From Candidatus Marinacidobacterium sp. (GTDB taxonomy: Bacteria > Acidobacteriota > Vicinamibacteria > Marinacidobacterales > Marinacidobacteraceae), in the NCBI GenBank assembly GCA_965204755.1, contig OZ242011.1, positions 3,744,001 to 3,808,000 of the forward strand: 64,000 nucleotides of DNA. Reading direction: 5' to 3'. A program made the position numbers and the translations under genes. Under the pieces are notes generated by a model that saw nothing but the letters and a program-made list of their open reading frames with translations, was not told where the DNA came from and did not search any database. Shown piece after piece: positions 46,945-55,825 of this stretch (positions are counted from its first letter, which is position 1; every line of letters starts with the position of its first letter).

Positions 46945-48702
46945 ATGCTGGACTGGCTGCGCGTCCGGAACCTGGCGATCCTCCGGGAGGTGTCCCTAGA
47001 ATTCGGCGCCGGGCTGAATGTGCTCACCGGGGAGACCGGCGTCGGGAAGAGTGTCCTCCTGGAGTCGTTCGCGCTGGCCCTCGGGGGTCGGGCGCGCGGC
47101 GGGTTGATCGGTCCCGCCGCGGACCGGGCGGTGGTCGAGGCCGGGTTCTCGGCGGCGGATTTCTCATCCGTCGAGGAAGCGGCGCTCGCCGCGGCCCTTT
47201 CGGCGGCGGGGGCCGACGGGGAGGGCGGGGAAGTGGTCGTGCGGCGGGAGATCCGCCCGAGCGCCGCCGGATCGGTCGTGAACCGGATCACGATCAACGG
47301 GGCCGCCGCGCCGGTGGCCGGGCTCCGCTCGGTCGGCCGCCGGCTCGCCGAGGTGTACTCTCAGGGAGAGCACTTGGCTCTCCTGCGACCCGGCGCGGCT
47401 CGGGAGACCGTGGACGAGACCGGCGGGCACGCCGCGCTCCGCCTCGAGACGGCCGCGGCGTTCCGGGCGTTCGTCGAAGCGGAGCGCCGGCTCGCTCGAC
47501 TCGACCAGCGCCTCCGCCGCGCCGCGGAGGAACGCGGGGAGATGGAGCGCGCGGTCGCGGAGATCGGGGAGGCGGATCCCCGGCCGGGAGAGCGGGAGGA
47601 ACTCGGCCGCGAAAAGCGGCTGCTCGGCGACGCGGACCGGTTGATCGCCCGGCTGGACGAGGCCTGGGAGGCGCTCTACGGATCCGAGCGTTCCGCCGGC
47701 GTCCTGCTCGGGGTCGCGCGGCGGGCGCTGGACTCCGCCGCCGAGATGGATCCGGTGACGGAGGCGATGCTCCGGGAGCGGCCGGACCTGGTCGCGGAGA
47801 CCGAGGACCTGGCCTCCTCGATCCGGGAGCGGCGCGAGGCGGTGGATTCCGGGCCGGAGCGGCTGGCGGAGATCGAGGAGCGGCTGGCGTTCCTCCGCCG
47901 GCTGGAGCGGCGCTACGGGGCGCCGGCGGACGAACTGGCGGACCTGGCCCGGAAATTCGCGGCGACCTTGGGGGAGTTGACCGAAGAGGAAGACGCGAGA
48001 CGCCGGGCGGAGTCCGGGACCCGGGAGCGCCGGTCGGCCTACCTGGACGCCGCCCGCCGGCTCACCGAAGCGCGGAAGGCGGCCGGCGCCGCCTTGGGGA
48101 AGGCGGTAGAGGCGGAACTGGCCGGTTTGGGCATTCCCCGGGCGCGGCTCCTCATCGCGGTCGAGCCGGCCGGGCCGGACTCCGGGGACGGGGAAGAGGC
48201 GCCGGCCGACTCCGCCGAGGCCTTCTCCGAACACGGTCTCGACCGCGTGGAGTTCCGGTTCAGCGCCAATCCGGAGTTGCCGCCGGCCCCGATCTCCGAG
48301 GTCGCGTCCGGCGGGGAGGCCTCGCGGTTCTTCCTCGCGCTCAAGGCTGCCGGCGCCGGAAAGGGAGGCGGGCGAACGCTGGTCTTCGACGAAGCGGACA
48401 GCGGCACCTCGGGCCGGATCGCCGATGCGGTGGGGCGGCGGCTGGTCCGCCTGGCCGCCGGGCGACAGGTGCTATCCGTGACCCACCTGCCGCAGGTGGC
48501 GGCGCTCGGCCGGTCGCACCAGGTGGTCGAGAAACTAGAATCGGGGCCGATGGTGCGCGTCCGCTCGGTGAGCGGGGCGGACCGCACGGAAGAAATCGCC
48601 CGAATGCTCGCCGGCCCCGAGGTCACGGACAGCGCCCGCCGCCATGCCGAGCAACTCCTCGCCGGAGTCCGGGAACCGGCTGCCGCCGGCGCCGTCGGCT
48701 GA
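46945..48702 (+). CDS. recN: DNA repair protein RecN
   Basis: Motifs GLNVLTGETGVGKS, FSANP, ASGGE, FDEADSG, THLPQVAA, EIARML. Confidence 0.95.
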   Translation: MLDWLRVRNLAILREVSLEFGAGLNVLTGETGVGKSVLLESFALALGGRARGGLIGPAADRAVVEAGFSAADFSSVEEAALAAALSAAGADGEGGEVVVRREIRPSAAGSVVNRITINGAAAPVAGLRSVGRRLAEVYSQGEHLALLRPGAARETVDETGGHAALRLETAAAFRAFVEAERRLARLDQRLRRAAEERGEMERAVAEIGEADPRPGEREELGREKRLLGDADRLIARLDEAWEALYGSERSAGVLLGVARRALDSAAEMDPVTEAMLRERPDLVAETEDLASSIRERREAVDSGPERLAEIEERLAFLRRLERRYGAPADELADLARKFAATLGELTEEEDARRRAESGTRERRSAYLDAARRLTEARKAAGAALGKAVEAELAGLGIPRARLLIAVEPAGPDSGDGEEAPADSAEAFSEHGLDRVEFRFSANPELPPAPISEVASGGEASRFFLALKAAGAGKGGGRTLVFDEADSGTSGRIADAVGRRLVRLAAGRQVLSVTHLPQVAALGRSHQVVEKLESGPMVRVRSVSGADRTEEIARMLAGPEVTDSARRHAEQLLAGVREPAAAGAVG

Positions 48703-48709
48703 GGGGGCC

Positions 48710-50221
48710 GTGGATCCCGCCGCCGCTCCTTCCGGCGGCGCGTTCGCGCCGCAACTCGCCGGCGGCGCCGGCAAGTTCCGGATCGAGACCTGGGGCTGCC
48801 AGATGAATGTCCACGACTCCGAGAAGATGGCCGCCGGGCTCGGTTCGCTCGGCCTCGCTCCCGGAGGAGACGGGGAGTCCGAAGTCGTCGTGCTGAACAC
48901 CTGCTCGGTGCGGGAAAAGGCGCAGGAGAAGGTGTTCACCCGGGTCGAGCAACTGGCGCGGGCCGGCCGGCGACCGACCTTCATCGGGGTGGCCGGATGC
49001 GTCGCCCAGCAGGAGGGTGAGGCCATCTTCGCCCGCGCGCCGGCGGTGGACTTCGTCCTCGGGACGCAGAGCCTGGTCCGCCTTCCCCAAGTCGTGCGCC
49101 GGCTGCGCGAGGGGGAGACCCGGATCGTGGAGACCGGGCGGGATCCCGGCAACCTGGACATTCCGCCGGAGCAGATCTCGCGGATTCCGGGGGTGAAGGC
49201 CTACATCACGATCATGGAGGGCTGCGACAACTTCTGCTCCTTCTGCGTGGTGCCCTTCACGCGGGGCCGGGAAAGGCGCCGGAGCGTCGCCGCCATCGTC
49301 CGGGAGGCCGAGTCCCTCGTCGAATCCGGCTTTTCGGAGATCCAGTTGCTCGGCCAGAATGTGAACTCCTATCGGGATCCGGACGACGGGCGGGGGTTCT
49401 CCGCCCTCCTCGGCGAAGTGAGCCGGGTCGAAGGAATCCGGCGCATCCGCTTCACCAGCCCGCACCCGAAGGACTTCGACCGGGAGTTGATGCTGCGGTT
49501 CGCCGAAGGCGGGCCGCTCATGCCCTCGATGCACCTGCCGGCGCAGTCGGGTTCGTCGAGCGTCCTCGCCCGCATGAGGCGGGGATACACCCGGGAAGAG
49601 TTCCTCGACCTGGTTCGCGAAGCCCGCGAAATCGCCCCCGGGATCGAGTTCTCGACGGACTTGATCGTCGGGTTCTGCGGCGAGACCCGCGCCGAATTCG
49701 AGGAGACGATGACGCTGCTCGACGAGGTGCGTTTTTCTTCGGCGTACTCGTTCCTGTATTCGGAGCGTCCGCACACCCTGGCGTCCAAACGGCTTCGCGA
49801 CGATGTGCCGCGCGAGGTGAAGACCGCCCGGCTCATGGAGTTGCAGGCGCGTCAACGGGAAATCCAGATCGAGCGGCACCGGGAGATCGTGGGCCGGGAG
49901 GTCGAAGTGCTGGTCGAAGGGCCGAGCCGCAAGGGGAACGGGCTCTCCGGGCGGGCGCCGGACAATCGGGTGGTGAATTTCCCGGTTCCCGAATCGGACG
50001 ACGCCGGGTTCGCCGACTGGGTGGGCGCCTTCTGCACGGTGCGGATCACCGGCTACGGCCCGAACAGTTTGGTCGGCGCCCTGGTGCGCGCCGCCGGCCG
50101 GCCGCGGCCGCTGCCGGACTTCACCGAATCCGCTGCGGGCGGAGCCGAGGCCGACCGGCTGCTTCCCCTGCCGGTGGTCCAGCCCGCCCGCCCGAGCGCG
50201 GCTTCCACCCACCTTTCCTGA
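48710..50221 (+). CDS. miaB: tRNA methylthiotransferase MiaB
   Basis: Motifs TWGCQMNVHDSE, NTCSVREKA, GCDNFCSFCVVP, C-terminal TRAM domain; GAGGGG RBS before GTG 48710. Confidence 0.95.
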   Translation: MDPAAAPSGGAFAPQLAGGAGKFRIETWGCQMNVHDSEKMAAGLGSLGLAPGGDGESEVVVLNTCSVREKAQEKVFTRVEQLARAGRRPTFIGVAGCVAQQEGEAIFARAPAVDFVLGTQSLVRLPQVVRRLREGETRIVETGRDPGNLDIPPEQISRIPGVKAYITIMEGCDNFCSFCVVPFTRGRERRRSVAAIVREAESLVESGFSEIQLLGQNVNSYRDPDDGRGFSALLGEVSRVEGIRRIRFTSPHPKDFDRELMLRFAEGGPLMPSMHLPAQSGSSSVLARMRRGYTREEFLDLVREAREIAPGIEFSTDLIVGFCGETRAEFEETMTLLDEVRFSSAYSFLYSERPHTLASKRLRDDVPREVKTARLMELQARQREIQIERHREIVGREVEVLVEGPSRKGNGLSGRAPDNRVVNFPVPESDDAGFADWVGAFCTVRITGYGPNSLVGALVRAAGRPRPLPDFTESAAGGAEADRLLPLPVVQPARPSAASTHLS

Positions 50222-50234
50222 GAGCGGGCGGGGC

Positions 50235-50780
50235 GTGGCGGCGGAACGGACGGCCGAACGGCGCCCGCGGGTCGAGAAGGACTCGGCCCGCGAGATCGAG
50301 ATGACCATCAAGGCCATCCTCATGGTGCCGAAGACCAGCGCCGCGGTGGTGTTGCTCAAGGAAGAGCCGGGCGAGCGGGAGATCCCGATCTGGGTCGGGG
50401 CGGCGGAAGTGCGGGCCATCGGCCTCCAGGTGGAGAACTACGAGCCGCCGCGCCCGTTCACCCACGACCTGATCCGGGAGTTGCTCCGCGAACTCGATGT
50501 CCGGGTCACCAAGGTGGTCATCCACGATGTGCAGGACAACACCTTCTTCGCGCACATCCACATGGAACAGAAGCGCCAGCGGCTGGCGGTGGACGCCCGG
50601 CCGAGCGACGCGATCGCGGTGGCGCTGCGGACCCGGGCGCCCATCTATGTCCATGCCCGGGTGATGGAGCAGAGCGCCCGGACCACCGAGGAACTGGTCG
50701 CCGATCCCCCGGACGACACCGAGGCGCTCGGCGACTGGCTCGAGGGGCTGGACGAGGACGATCTCGGGGATCCCCACTGA
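50235..50780 (+). CDS. Bifunctional nuclease family protein (DUF151)
   Basis: Motifs IPIWVG, PRPFTHDL, DARPSDAIAVALR. Start may be ATG 50301. Confidence 0.9.
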   Translation: MAAERTAERRPRVEKDSAREIEMTIKAILMVPKTSAAVVLLKEEPGEREIPIWVGAAEVRAIGLQVENYEPPRPFTHDLIRELLRELDVRVTKVVIHDVQDNTFFAHIHMEQKRQRLAVDARPSDAIAVALRTRAPIYVHARVMEQSARTTEELVADPPDDTEALGDWLEGLDEDDLGDPH

Positions 50781-50801
50781 CGGCCGTCCGCCGAATCCCG
50801 C

Positions 50802-51578
50802 GTGGCCGTAACCATCACCGTCGCGAACCAGAAGGGCGGCGTCGCGAAGACCACGACCTCGGTGAACCTGGCGGCGGCCCTCGCGGCGGCCGGACGCGCC
50901 ACCCTGCTGGTGGACGCCGACCCCCAAGCCAACGCCTCGGTCACTTTCCTCGGGCCGGACCTCGAAGGGCCGACGATGTTCGAGGCGTTGACCGACGAAG
51001 CGAAGTTCCGCGACATCATCCGCGAGACGCCGGTGGAGGGCCTGTCCGTCGCCCCGTCCCGCATCTCGCTCGCCCGGCTGGAGCGCCAACTTCTCGGCGA
51101 CCTGGACGCGCACTACCGGCTGCGTGACCGCATCCAGACCACGCGGGGAGAATTCGACTTCGTGGTCGTGGATACGCCCCCGACGCTGGGCATGACCACC
51201 GTGAACGCGATGGTGGCGAGCGACTGGCTGCTCCTGCCGCTGCCCCCGGCCTACTACGCGCTCGAAGGCGCCGACGACCTGCTCGACACCCTCGAGCAGA
51301 TCCGCCGCCGCCCGAACCCGGACCTGGCGCTCCTCGGGGTGCTGATCACCATGGTGGACGGACGGACGCGGATCGCCCGGGATGCCGCTCGCCGGATCCG
51401 CGGCCATTTCGGCAAGGCGGTGTTCCGAACCCAGATCCGCCGCAATGTGCGCCTCGAAGAGAGCCCGGCCTACCGCGAGGACATCTTCGCCTTCGCCCCC
51501 TCGTCCGTCGGCGCCAAGGACTACCGGCGGTTGTCCCGCGAGGTGCTCGCCCGTGTCCAGGCGAACCGGTCTTCCTGA
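50802..51578 (+). CDS. parA: ParA/Soj family ATPase
   Basis: Motifs NQKGGVAKTT, VDADPQAN, DTPP, IRRNVRLEESP. Confidence 0.92.
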   Translation: MAVTITVANQKGGVAKTTTSVNLAAALAAAGRATLLVDADPQANASVTFLGPDLEGPTMFEALTDEAKFRDIIRETPVEGLSVAPSRISLARLERQLLGDLDAHYRLRDRIQTTRGEFDFVVVDTPPTLGMTTVNAMVASDWLLLPLPPAYYALEGADDLLDTLEQIRRRPNPDLALLGVLITMVDGRTRIARDAARRIRGHFGKAVFRTQIRRNVRLEESPAYREDIFAFAPSSVGAKDYRRLSREVLARVQANRSS

Positions 51579-52566
51579 CGCCGTGCGGCTCAAGCCGCGC
51601 GCCGGCCACTATGTGGAAGCCCTCGTCCCGGAGGAGCCGACTGCCGCGTGGCGAATGATTCCGGTCGCGCAGATCCACCCCAACCCGAACCAGCCCCGGC
51701 AGCGGATCGGCCGGCTGGACGCCCTGGTCACTTCCATCCGGGAGCACGGCGTCCTGCAGCCGATCCTGGTGCGGCGGCTGGGCGCCAAGGACTACCAGAT
51801 CATCGCCGGGGAGCGCCGCTTCCAGGCGGCCCGCCAGGCCGGGCTGCGCGAAGTGGCGTGCGTGGAGCGCGAGGCCGGGGAAGGGGAGTCGCTCGAACTC
51901 GCGCTCGTCGAGAATGTCCTGCGGGACGACCTCACGCCGTTCGAGGAGGCTTCCGCCTACGAGTGGCTCATCGAACAGCACGGCCACACCCACGAATCGT
52001 TGGCCCGGCGGGTCGGGAAGCCGCGGACCTCGGTTACCGAGTCCCTGGCGCTCCTGAACATCCCGGAGGGCATCCGCGAGATGTGCGCGGCGGCCGGTCT
52101 CCGGTCCCGTCGGCAACTGCTCCGGATCGCGCGACAGCCGGACGAGGCGGCGATGGCGGCGGCGGTCGAGCGCCTCGCCCGCGGCCTCGAGGCGGAGGAC
52201 GCGGCGGCGTCTTCCGGCCCCGCCGGCGCGACCGCGGAGAAAAAGCAGGAAAAGCCGACTCGACCGAAGCCGTTCGTCTTCCGCTTCGCCCCCCGGGGCG
52301 CGCCCTTCCGGCTGCAGATGACCTTCCGCAGGAGTCGGGTGGACGAGGGCGAGGTCCTCGAGGCGCTCCGCGATTTGGTGCGCCGGTTGGAGGAGTCCTC
52401 CGCCGGCGGCAGTGAGCCCGAGGGGGCGGAGGGAGCCGGGGAGCCCCGGGCGCCGGCTGCCGCGCCCGACGCCGCCGAACCGGGCGCGAACACCTCCCGA
52501 GCCGGGCGGGTCGCCGCTCCGATCCCTACCGCTCCGCCGGCGGTTCCCGAAGGCTCGAAACGCTAG
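51553..52566 (+). CDS. parB: ParB/Spo0J family partition protein
   Basis: Motifs PNPNQPR, GVLQPILVR, IIAGERRFQAA, ALVENVLRDDL, HTH. Confidence 0.9.
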   Translation: MSRRTGLPDAVRLKPRAGHYVEALVPEEPTAAWRMIPVAQIHPNPNQPRQRIGRLDALVTSIREHGVLQPILVRRLGAKDYQIIAGERRFQAARQAGLREVACVEREAGEGESLELALVENVLRDDLTPFEEASAYEWLIEQHGHTHESLARRVGKPRTSVTESLALLNIPEGIREMCAAAGLRSRRQLLRIARQPDEAAMAAAVERLARGLEAEDAAASSGPAGATAEKKQEKPTRPKPFVFRFAPRGAPFRLQMTFRRSRVDEGEVLEALRDLVRRLEESSAGGSEPEGAEGAGEPRAPAAAPDAAEPGANTSRAGRVAAPIPTAPPAVPEGSKR

Positions 52567-52577
52567 GATCGCCGCCC

Positions 52578-53204
52578 ATGCGGACGCTGTTCTCCTCCCG
52601 CGGCCGAGGCCGCCTTCCGTTCTCGCGCCCATGGGTCGCCGCCGTCGCCGCGGTCGGTCTCGCCGCGTTCGTCTTCCCGGCGAACCCGGAGGCCGCTGTC
52701 GAAGGGCAGGCGGAGACCACCGGGACGATCGCGGTCGGCGAGCCGGCGCCCGACTTCGAGTTGCGGGACGCCGAGGGCGAGTCCTACCGGCTCTCCGAGT
52801 TGACCGCGAAGGGCCCGGTGGTGCTCGAATTCTTCCGGAGCGGCGGTTGGTGACCGTTCTGCAAGGCGCAACTCGGCGAGTTGCAAGAGGAACTGGCGCG
52901 ATTCGAGGCGGCGAACGCCACCGTCCTCGGCATCTCGAAGTACGACGCGGCGGAGACCGGGCGCTGGCTCGCCGAGAACGACTGGACCTTCCCGCTCCTC
53001 GTGGACGGCGGCCCGGTGATTCGCGACTACGGCATCCCGAACCCGGACCACGACGGCACGGAGCGGGAGGGGATCCCGCACCCGGCGACGATCATCGTCG
53101 GTGGGGACGGGATCGTGCGCTTCGTGAATGTGTGGGTGAACTACCGCGAACGCACCACGCCGGACGAGATCCTCGACCGGATCGCCGACCTCCCGTCCCG
53201 ATGA
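52578..53204 (+). CDS. Exported AhpC/TSA peroxiredoxin-like selenoprotein (UxxC; Sec at UGA 52851-52853)
   Basis: ORFs 52578..52853 and 52881..53204 are in the same frame. Read-through gives APDFEL...FFRSGGW-U-PFCKAQLGELQ...PATIIV, one intact redoxin fold, with a SECIS-like hairpin downstream. Confidence 0.85.
52854..52896 (+). promoter_or_regulatory. Bacterial SECIS-like element
   Basis: Upper stem GCAACTC (52868-74)/GAGTTGC (52878-84), loop GGC beginning 21 nt after UGA; lower pairing CC-GTTC/GAAC-T-GG. Confidence 0.7.
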
Positions 53205-53773
53205 CCGCCCGCCGCGCCATTCCGCCGCCGGCGCGCGCCTTCCGGTCGGCGCTTCTCTTGGCCGGCCTCTCGGCTTTCGGCGCCGGAACGGCGGCGGGAC
53301 AGATGTTCGAGATCCCGGACTGGGAGAACTCCGCCGAGTTCCGGCTCGTCGCCTCCCAGTCCCCGGTTCGTCCCGGGGATGCCTTCGAGTTGGCGGTCGT
53401 CGCCCGGCTCGACCCCGGTTACCACCTCTACGGCCCGGAGGAGGCGCCGCCCACCGCGACCGTCGTCGAATGGACCGGCGGCCCGGCGCTGGAAGCCGGC
53501 GCGCCGCTCTACCCGGAGCCGATCCGCCGGGACCTCTCCGGACTCGGGGAATACGACCTCTACGAGGGCACGGTCGCGTTCCGGATCCCGGTGACCTCCG
53601 CCGCGCCGGAAGCGGGCTCGACCGCCGCGGAAGTGCTGCTCCGCTACCAACTGTGCACCGACAACGCCTGCAGCGCGCCGACCAGCACGACCCTGACGCT
53701 GGACCTGCCGCTCGCGGGGAAGGGGACGGAAGTGCGGAGCCTCCATCCAGAAGTGTTCGGAGACTCTCCGTGA
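53201..53773 (+). CDS. Stand-alone DsbD N-terminal (alpha/Ig-like) domain protein
   Basis: Signal peptide; motifs LDPGYHLY, YEG, YQLCTDNACSAP (CxxxxC); ATGA-coupled to the upstream gene. Confidence 0.8.
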   Translation: MTARRAIPPPARAFRSALLLAGLSAFGAGTAAGQMFEIPDWENSAEFRLVASQSPVRPGDAFELAVVARLDPGYHLYGPEEAPPTATVVEWTGGPALEAGAPLYPEPIRRDLSGLGEYDLYEGTVAFRIPVTSAAPEAGSTAAEVLLRYQLCTDNACSAPTSTTLTLDLPLAGKGTEVRSLHPEVFGDSP

Positions 53774-54294
53774 CCGCGGGCGCTCCGGAATCGGGATCCC
53801 CGAGTCCCGAGCCGCGGGTGGTCCACACCTGCCGCGCCCGGATCGTGAAGCGGGCCGGCCCGGAACGCCAGGCCTTCCTGGAGGGATTTCCCGACCCGGT
53901 CCGCTTCGGCGTCCACACCGGGATCGCCGCGTTCTACGGGGTCACGCCGTCTGAAGAACTCCCGGCGACGCTCGACTATGTGGTGGCCGCCACCGGCGGT
54001 TGAATGGTCGGGACTTTCGGGCGGGCGCTCGAAGCACGCGGGATACCCAGCCAGCCGGATCGGCTGACGGCCGAGGTCGAAGGCGACATCGTGGACGAGG
54101 GCGGGGTGATGGCGCTCCGCCGGATCCGCATTCGCTACCTCCTCCGACTCGACCCGGCGCAGCGCGAAGCGGCGGACCGGGCGCTCGAGTTCCACGAACG
54201 GGGCTGTCCGCTCGCGAACACGCTGCGCGGCGCGGTCGCGGTGGAATACGCCGCGGAGTATCGAGACACGGAAGACCCTGCCGGCTCCGCATGA
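53770..54294 (+). CDS. OsmC/Ohr-like selenoprotein (Sec at UGA 54001-54003)
   Basis: GTG overlaps the previous stop. Read-through gives TLDYVVAATGG-U-MVGTFGRALEARG...HERGCPLANTL, with UGA where the first OsmC Cys is expected and the second Cys retained. SECIS-like hairpin follows. Confidence 0.82.
54015..54034 (+). promoter_or_regulatory. Bacterial SECIS-like element
   Basis: Stem TTCGGGC (54016-22)/GCTCGAA (54027-33) with one G-U pair; loop GGGC begins 19 nt after UGA. Confidence 0.65.
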
Positions 54295-54349
54295 GCCGGC
54301 GCCCCGTTCGCCGCCCGGCGCCGGCGTTCCGGGCGGCGCCCGCCGGTTC

Positions 54350-54856
54350 GTGACGGACGCCGGCGACGGGCTGCGGGCGCTGATGCGCGCCGCCCCGCAA
54401 CTCGTGACGGTGGTGACCGCGTGGGGCGCGGACGGCCCCCGCGGGATCACCGTGAGTTCCTTCATCTCCGTCAGTCTGGCCCCGGCGACCGTGCTCGTCT
54501 CCATCATGAAGTCCGCCCGGGCCCACGCGGCGATCGCGGCGGGAAGGTTTCGGGTGCACCTGCTCGCCGAGGACCAGGCCGCGGTCTCCGCGCACTTCGC
54601 CCGCCCCGGACTCGGCGCCGACGAGCAGTTCGGCGGCGCTTTCCGGGGGGCGCTGGACGGACGGCGGAAAGGGGAGCCGCCCCGGTTGCCGGATTGCCTC
54701 GGCTGGGCCGAGTGCGAGACGGTCTCGGCGGTGGACGGCGAAGACCACACGCTGTTCCTCGGCCGCGTTCGCGAAGTCTCGGTGGAGCGTGGGGAGGCGC
54801 CGCCGCTGCTCTATGTCTCGCGCAGCTATCGGCGGGTGGGGGAGGCCCTGGCGTGA
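54350..54856 (+). CDS. Flavin reductase family protein (HpaC/RutF-like)
   Basis: Motifs VTVVT, GITVSSFISVSL, EDHTLFLGRV, PLLY. Confidence 0.9.
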   Translation: MTDAGDGLRALMRAAPQLVTVVTAWGADGPRGITVSSFISVSLAPATVLVSIMKSARAHAAIAAGRFRVHLLAEDQAAVSAHFARPGLGADEQFGGAFRGALDGRRKGEPPRLPDCLGWAECETVSAVDGEDHTLFLGRVREVSVERGEAPPLLYVSRSYRRVGEALA

Positions 54857-55764
54857 AACGGCCGCGGAGGGGGCGCCTCTCGGGGCGGACGCCGGCGTCC
54901 CCGGCGGCGCCGCTCGTCCTGGCCCTCCTCGCCGCGGGCTGTGGCGGGGGCGAGGAACCGGAGGCGCCTTCCCGGGTGGAAGAGCCGGCGGCGCCCGTCG
55001 AGACCCCGCGCGAGCCGTCGCCTCCGCCGCCGCCCGAGCCCGCTCCGGCGCCGCCGGCGACCGGGACGCTCGAGGTGGTCGGTACCGAGGGGGCTTCGGT
55101 GTTCCTCGACGGCGAGCCCGTCGGAACGGTGCCCGGCGTGTTCGCCGACCTGCCGGCGGGAGAACATCAGGTGCGGGTCGAGCGGGCGGACTTCCATCCG
55201 CTCGAGGTGGCGGTGACCATTCGGGGCGGCCGCAGCCGCACCCTCGACGCCCGGCTGGTCGAGAGGCTCGGCTCCATCGCGGTGGAGAGCGAGCCGGCGG
55301 GCGCGATGGTCTTCCTGAACCGGGACTTCAAGGGGAACACGCCGGTGGTCATCGAGGACCTGCGGCCGGACACCTACGCGCTGATGCTTTCCGTCGAGGG
55401 CTTCGATGTCCACAACGAAAGAGTGGAAGTCGGGAGGGCCCGGGTTCCGGTGCGCGTCGCGTTCGAGGCTTCGGCGGCGACCTTGGATGCGGCGGTCGAG
55501 GTGGTGCACAAGCACCGGTTCGGCTCCTGCGCCGGGACGCTGGTGGCGACGGAGTCGGGGTTCGACTACCGGACGGAGCACCGCGATGCGTTCGAGTTGC
55601 CGTTCGCCCGGGTCGAACGGTTCGAGTTGGACTATGTGGAGAACAACCTGCGGCTGAAAGTGCGCGGCGGACGCACCTACAACTTCGAGGCCCCGAACGG
55701 AGAGGTGGACCCGCTGTTCGTGTTCCACCGTGATGTCCAGGCGTTCCGGGAAGCGGGGAACTGA
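54853..55764 (+). CDS. PEGA-domain lipoprotein
   Basis: Lipobox LAAGC, Pro-rich linker, two PEGA repeats (GASVFLDG..GTVP; SEPAGAMVFLN..GNTP). Confidence 0.8.
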   Translation: MKRPRRGRLSGRTPASPAAPLVLALLAAGCGGGEEPEAPSRVEEPAAPVETPREPSPPPPPEPAPAPPATGTLEVVGTEGASVFLDGEPVGTVPGVFADLPAGEHQVRVERADFHPLEVAVTIRGGRSRTLDARLVERLGSIAVESEPAGAMVFLNRDFKGNTPVVIEDLRPDTYALMLSVEGFDVHNERVEVGRARVPVRVAFEASAATLDAAVEVVHKHRFGSCAGTLVATESGFDYRTEHRDAFELPFARVERFELDYVENNLRLKVRGGRTYNFEAPNGEVDPLFVFHRDVQAFREAGN

Positions 55765-55797
55765 CCACGCGGAGTCGTACATTCGCCTGCTTCTATT

Positions 55798-55825
55798 TCT
55801 TAACATAACATCTCTTATCGGAAGT
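55798..55825 (-). other. XerC/XerD dif recombination site
   Basis: Minus strand ACTTCCGATAA-GAGATG-TTATGTTAAGA, 11-6-11 layout. The XerD arm matches the E. coli TTATGTTAAAT core; the XerC arm begins like B. subtilis ACTTCC. Confidence 0.85.

Noticed and set aside
52851-54003. Treating the two UGA-interrupted genes as pseudogenes or as four small ORFs
   Set aside because: Both UGAs sit at the catalytic Cys position, the frames continue intact, and both have SECIS-like hairpins.
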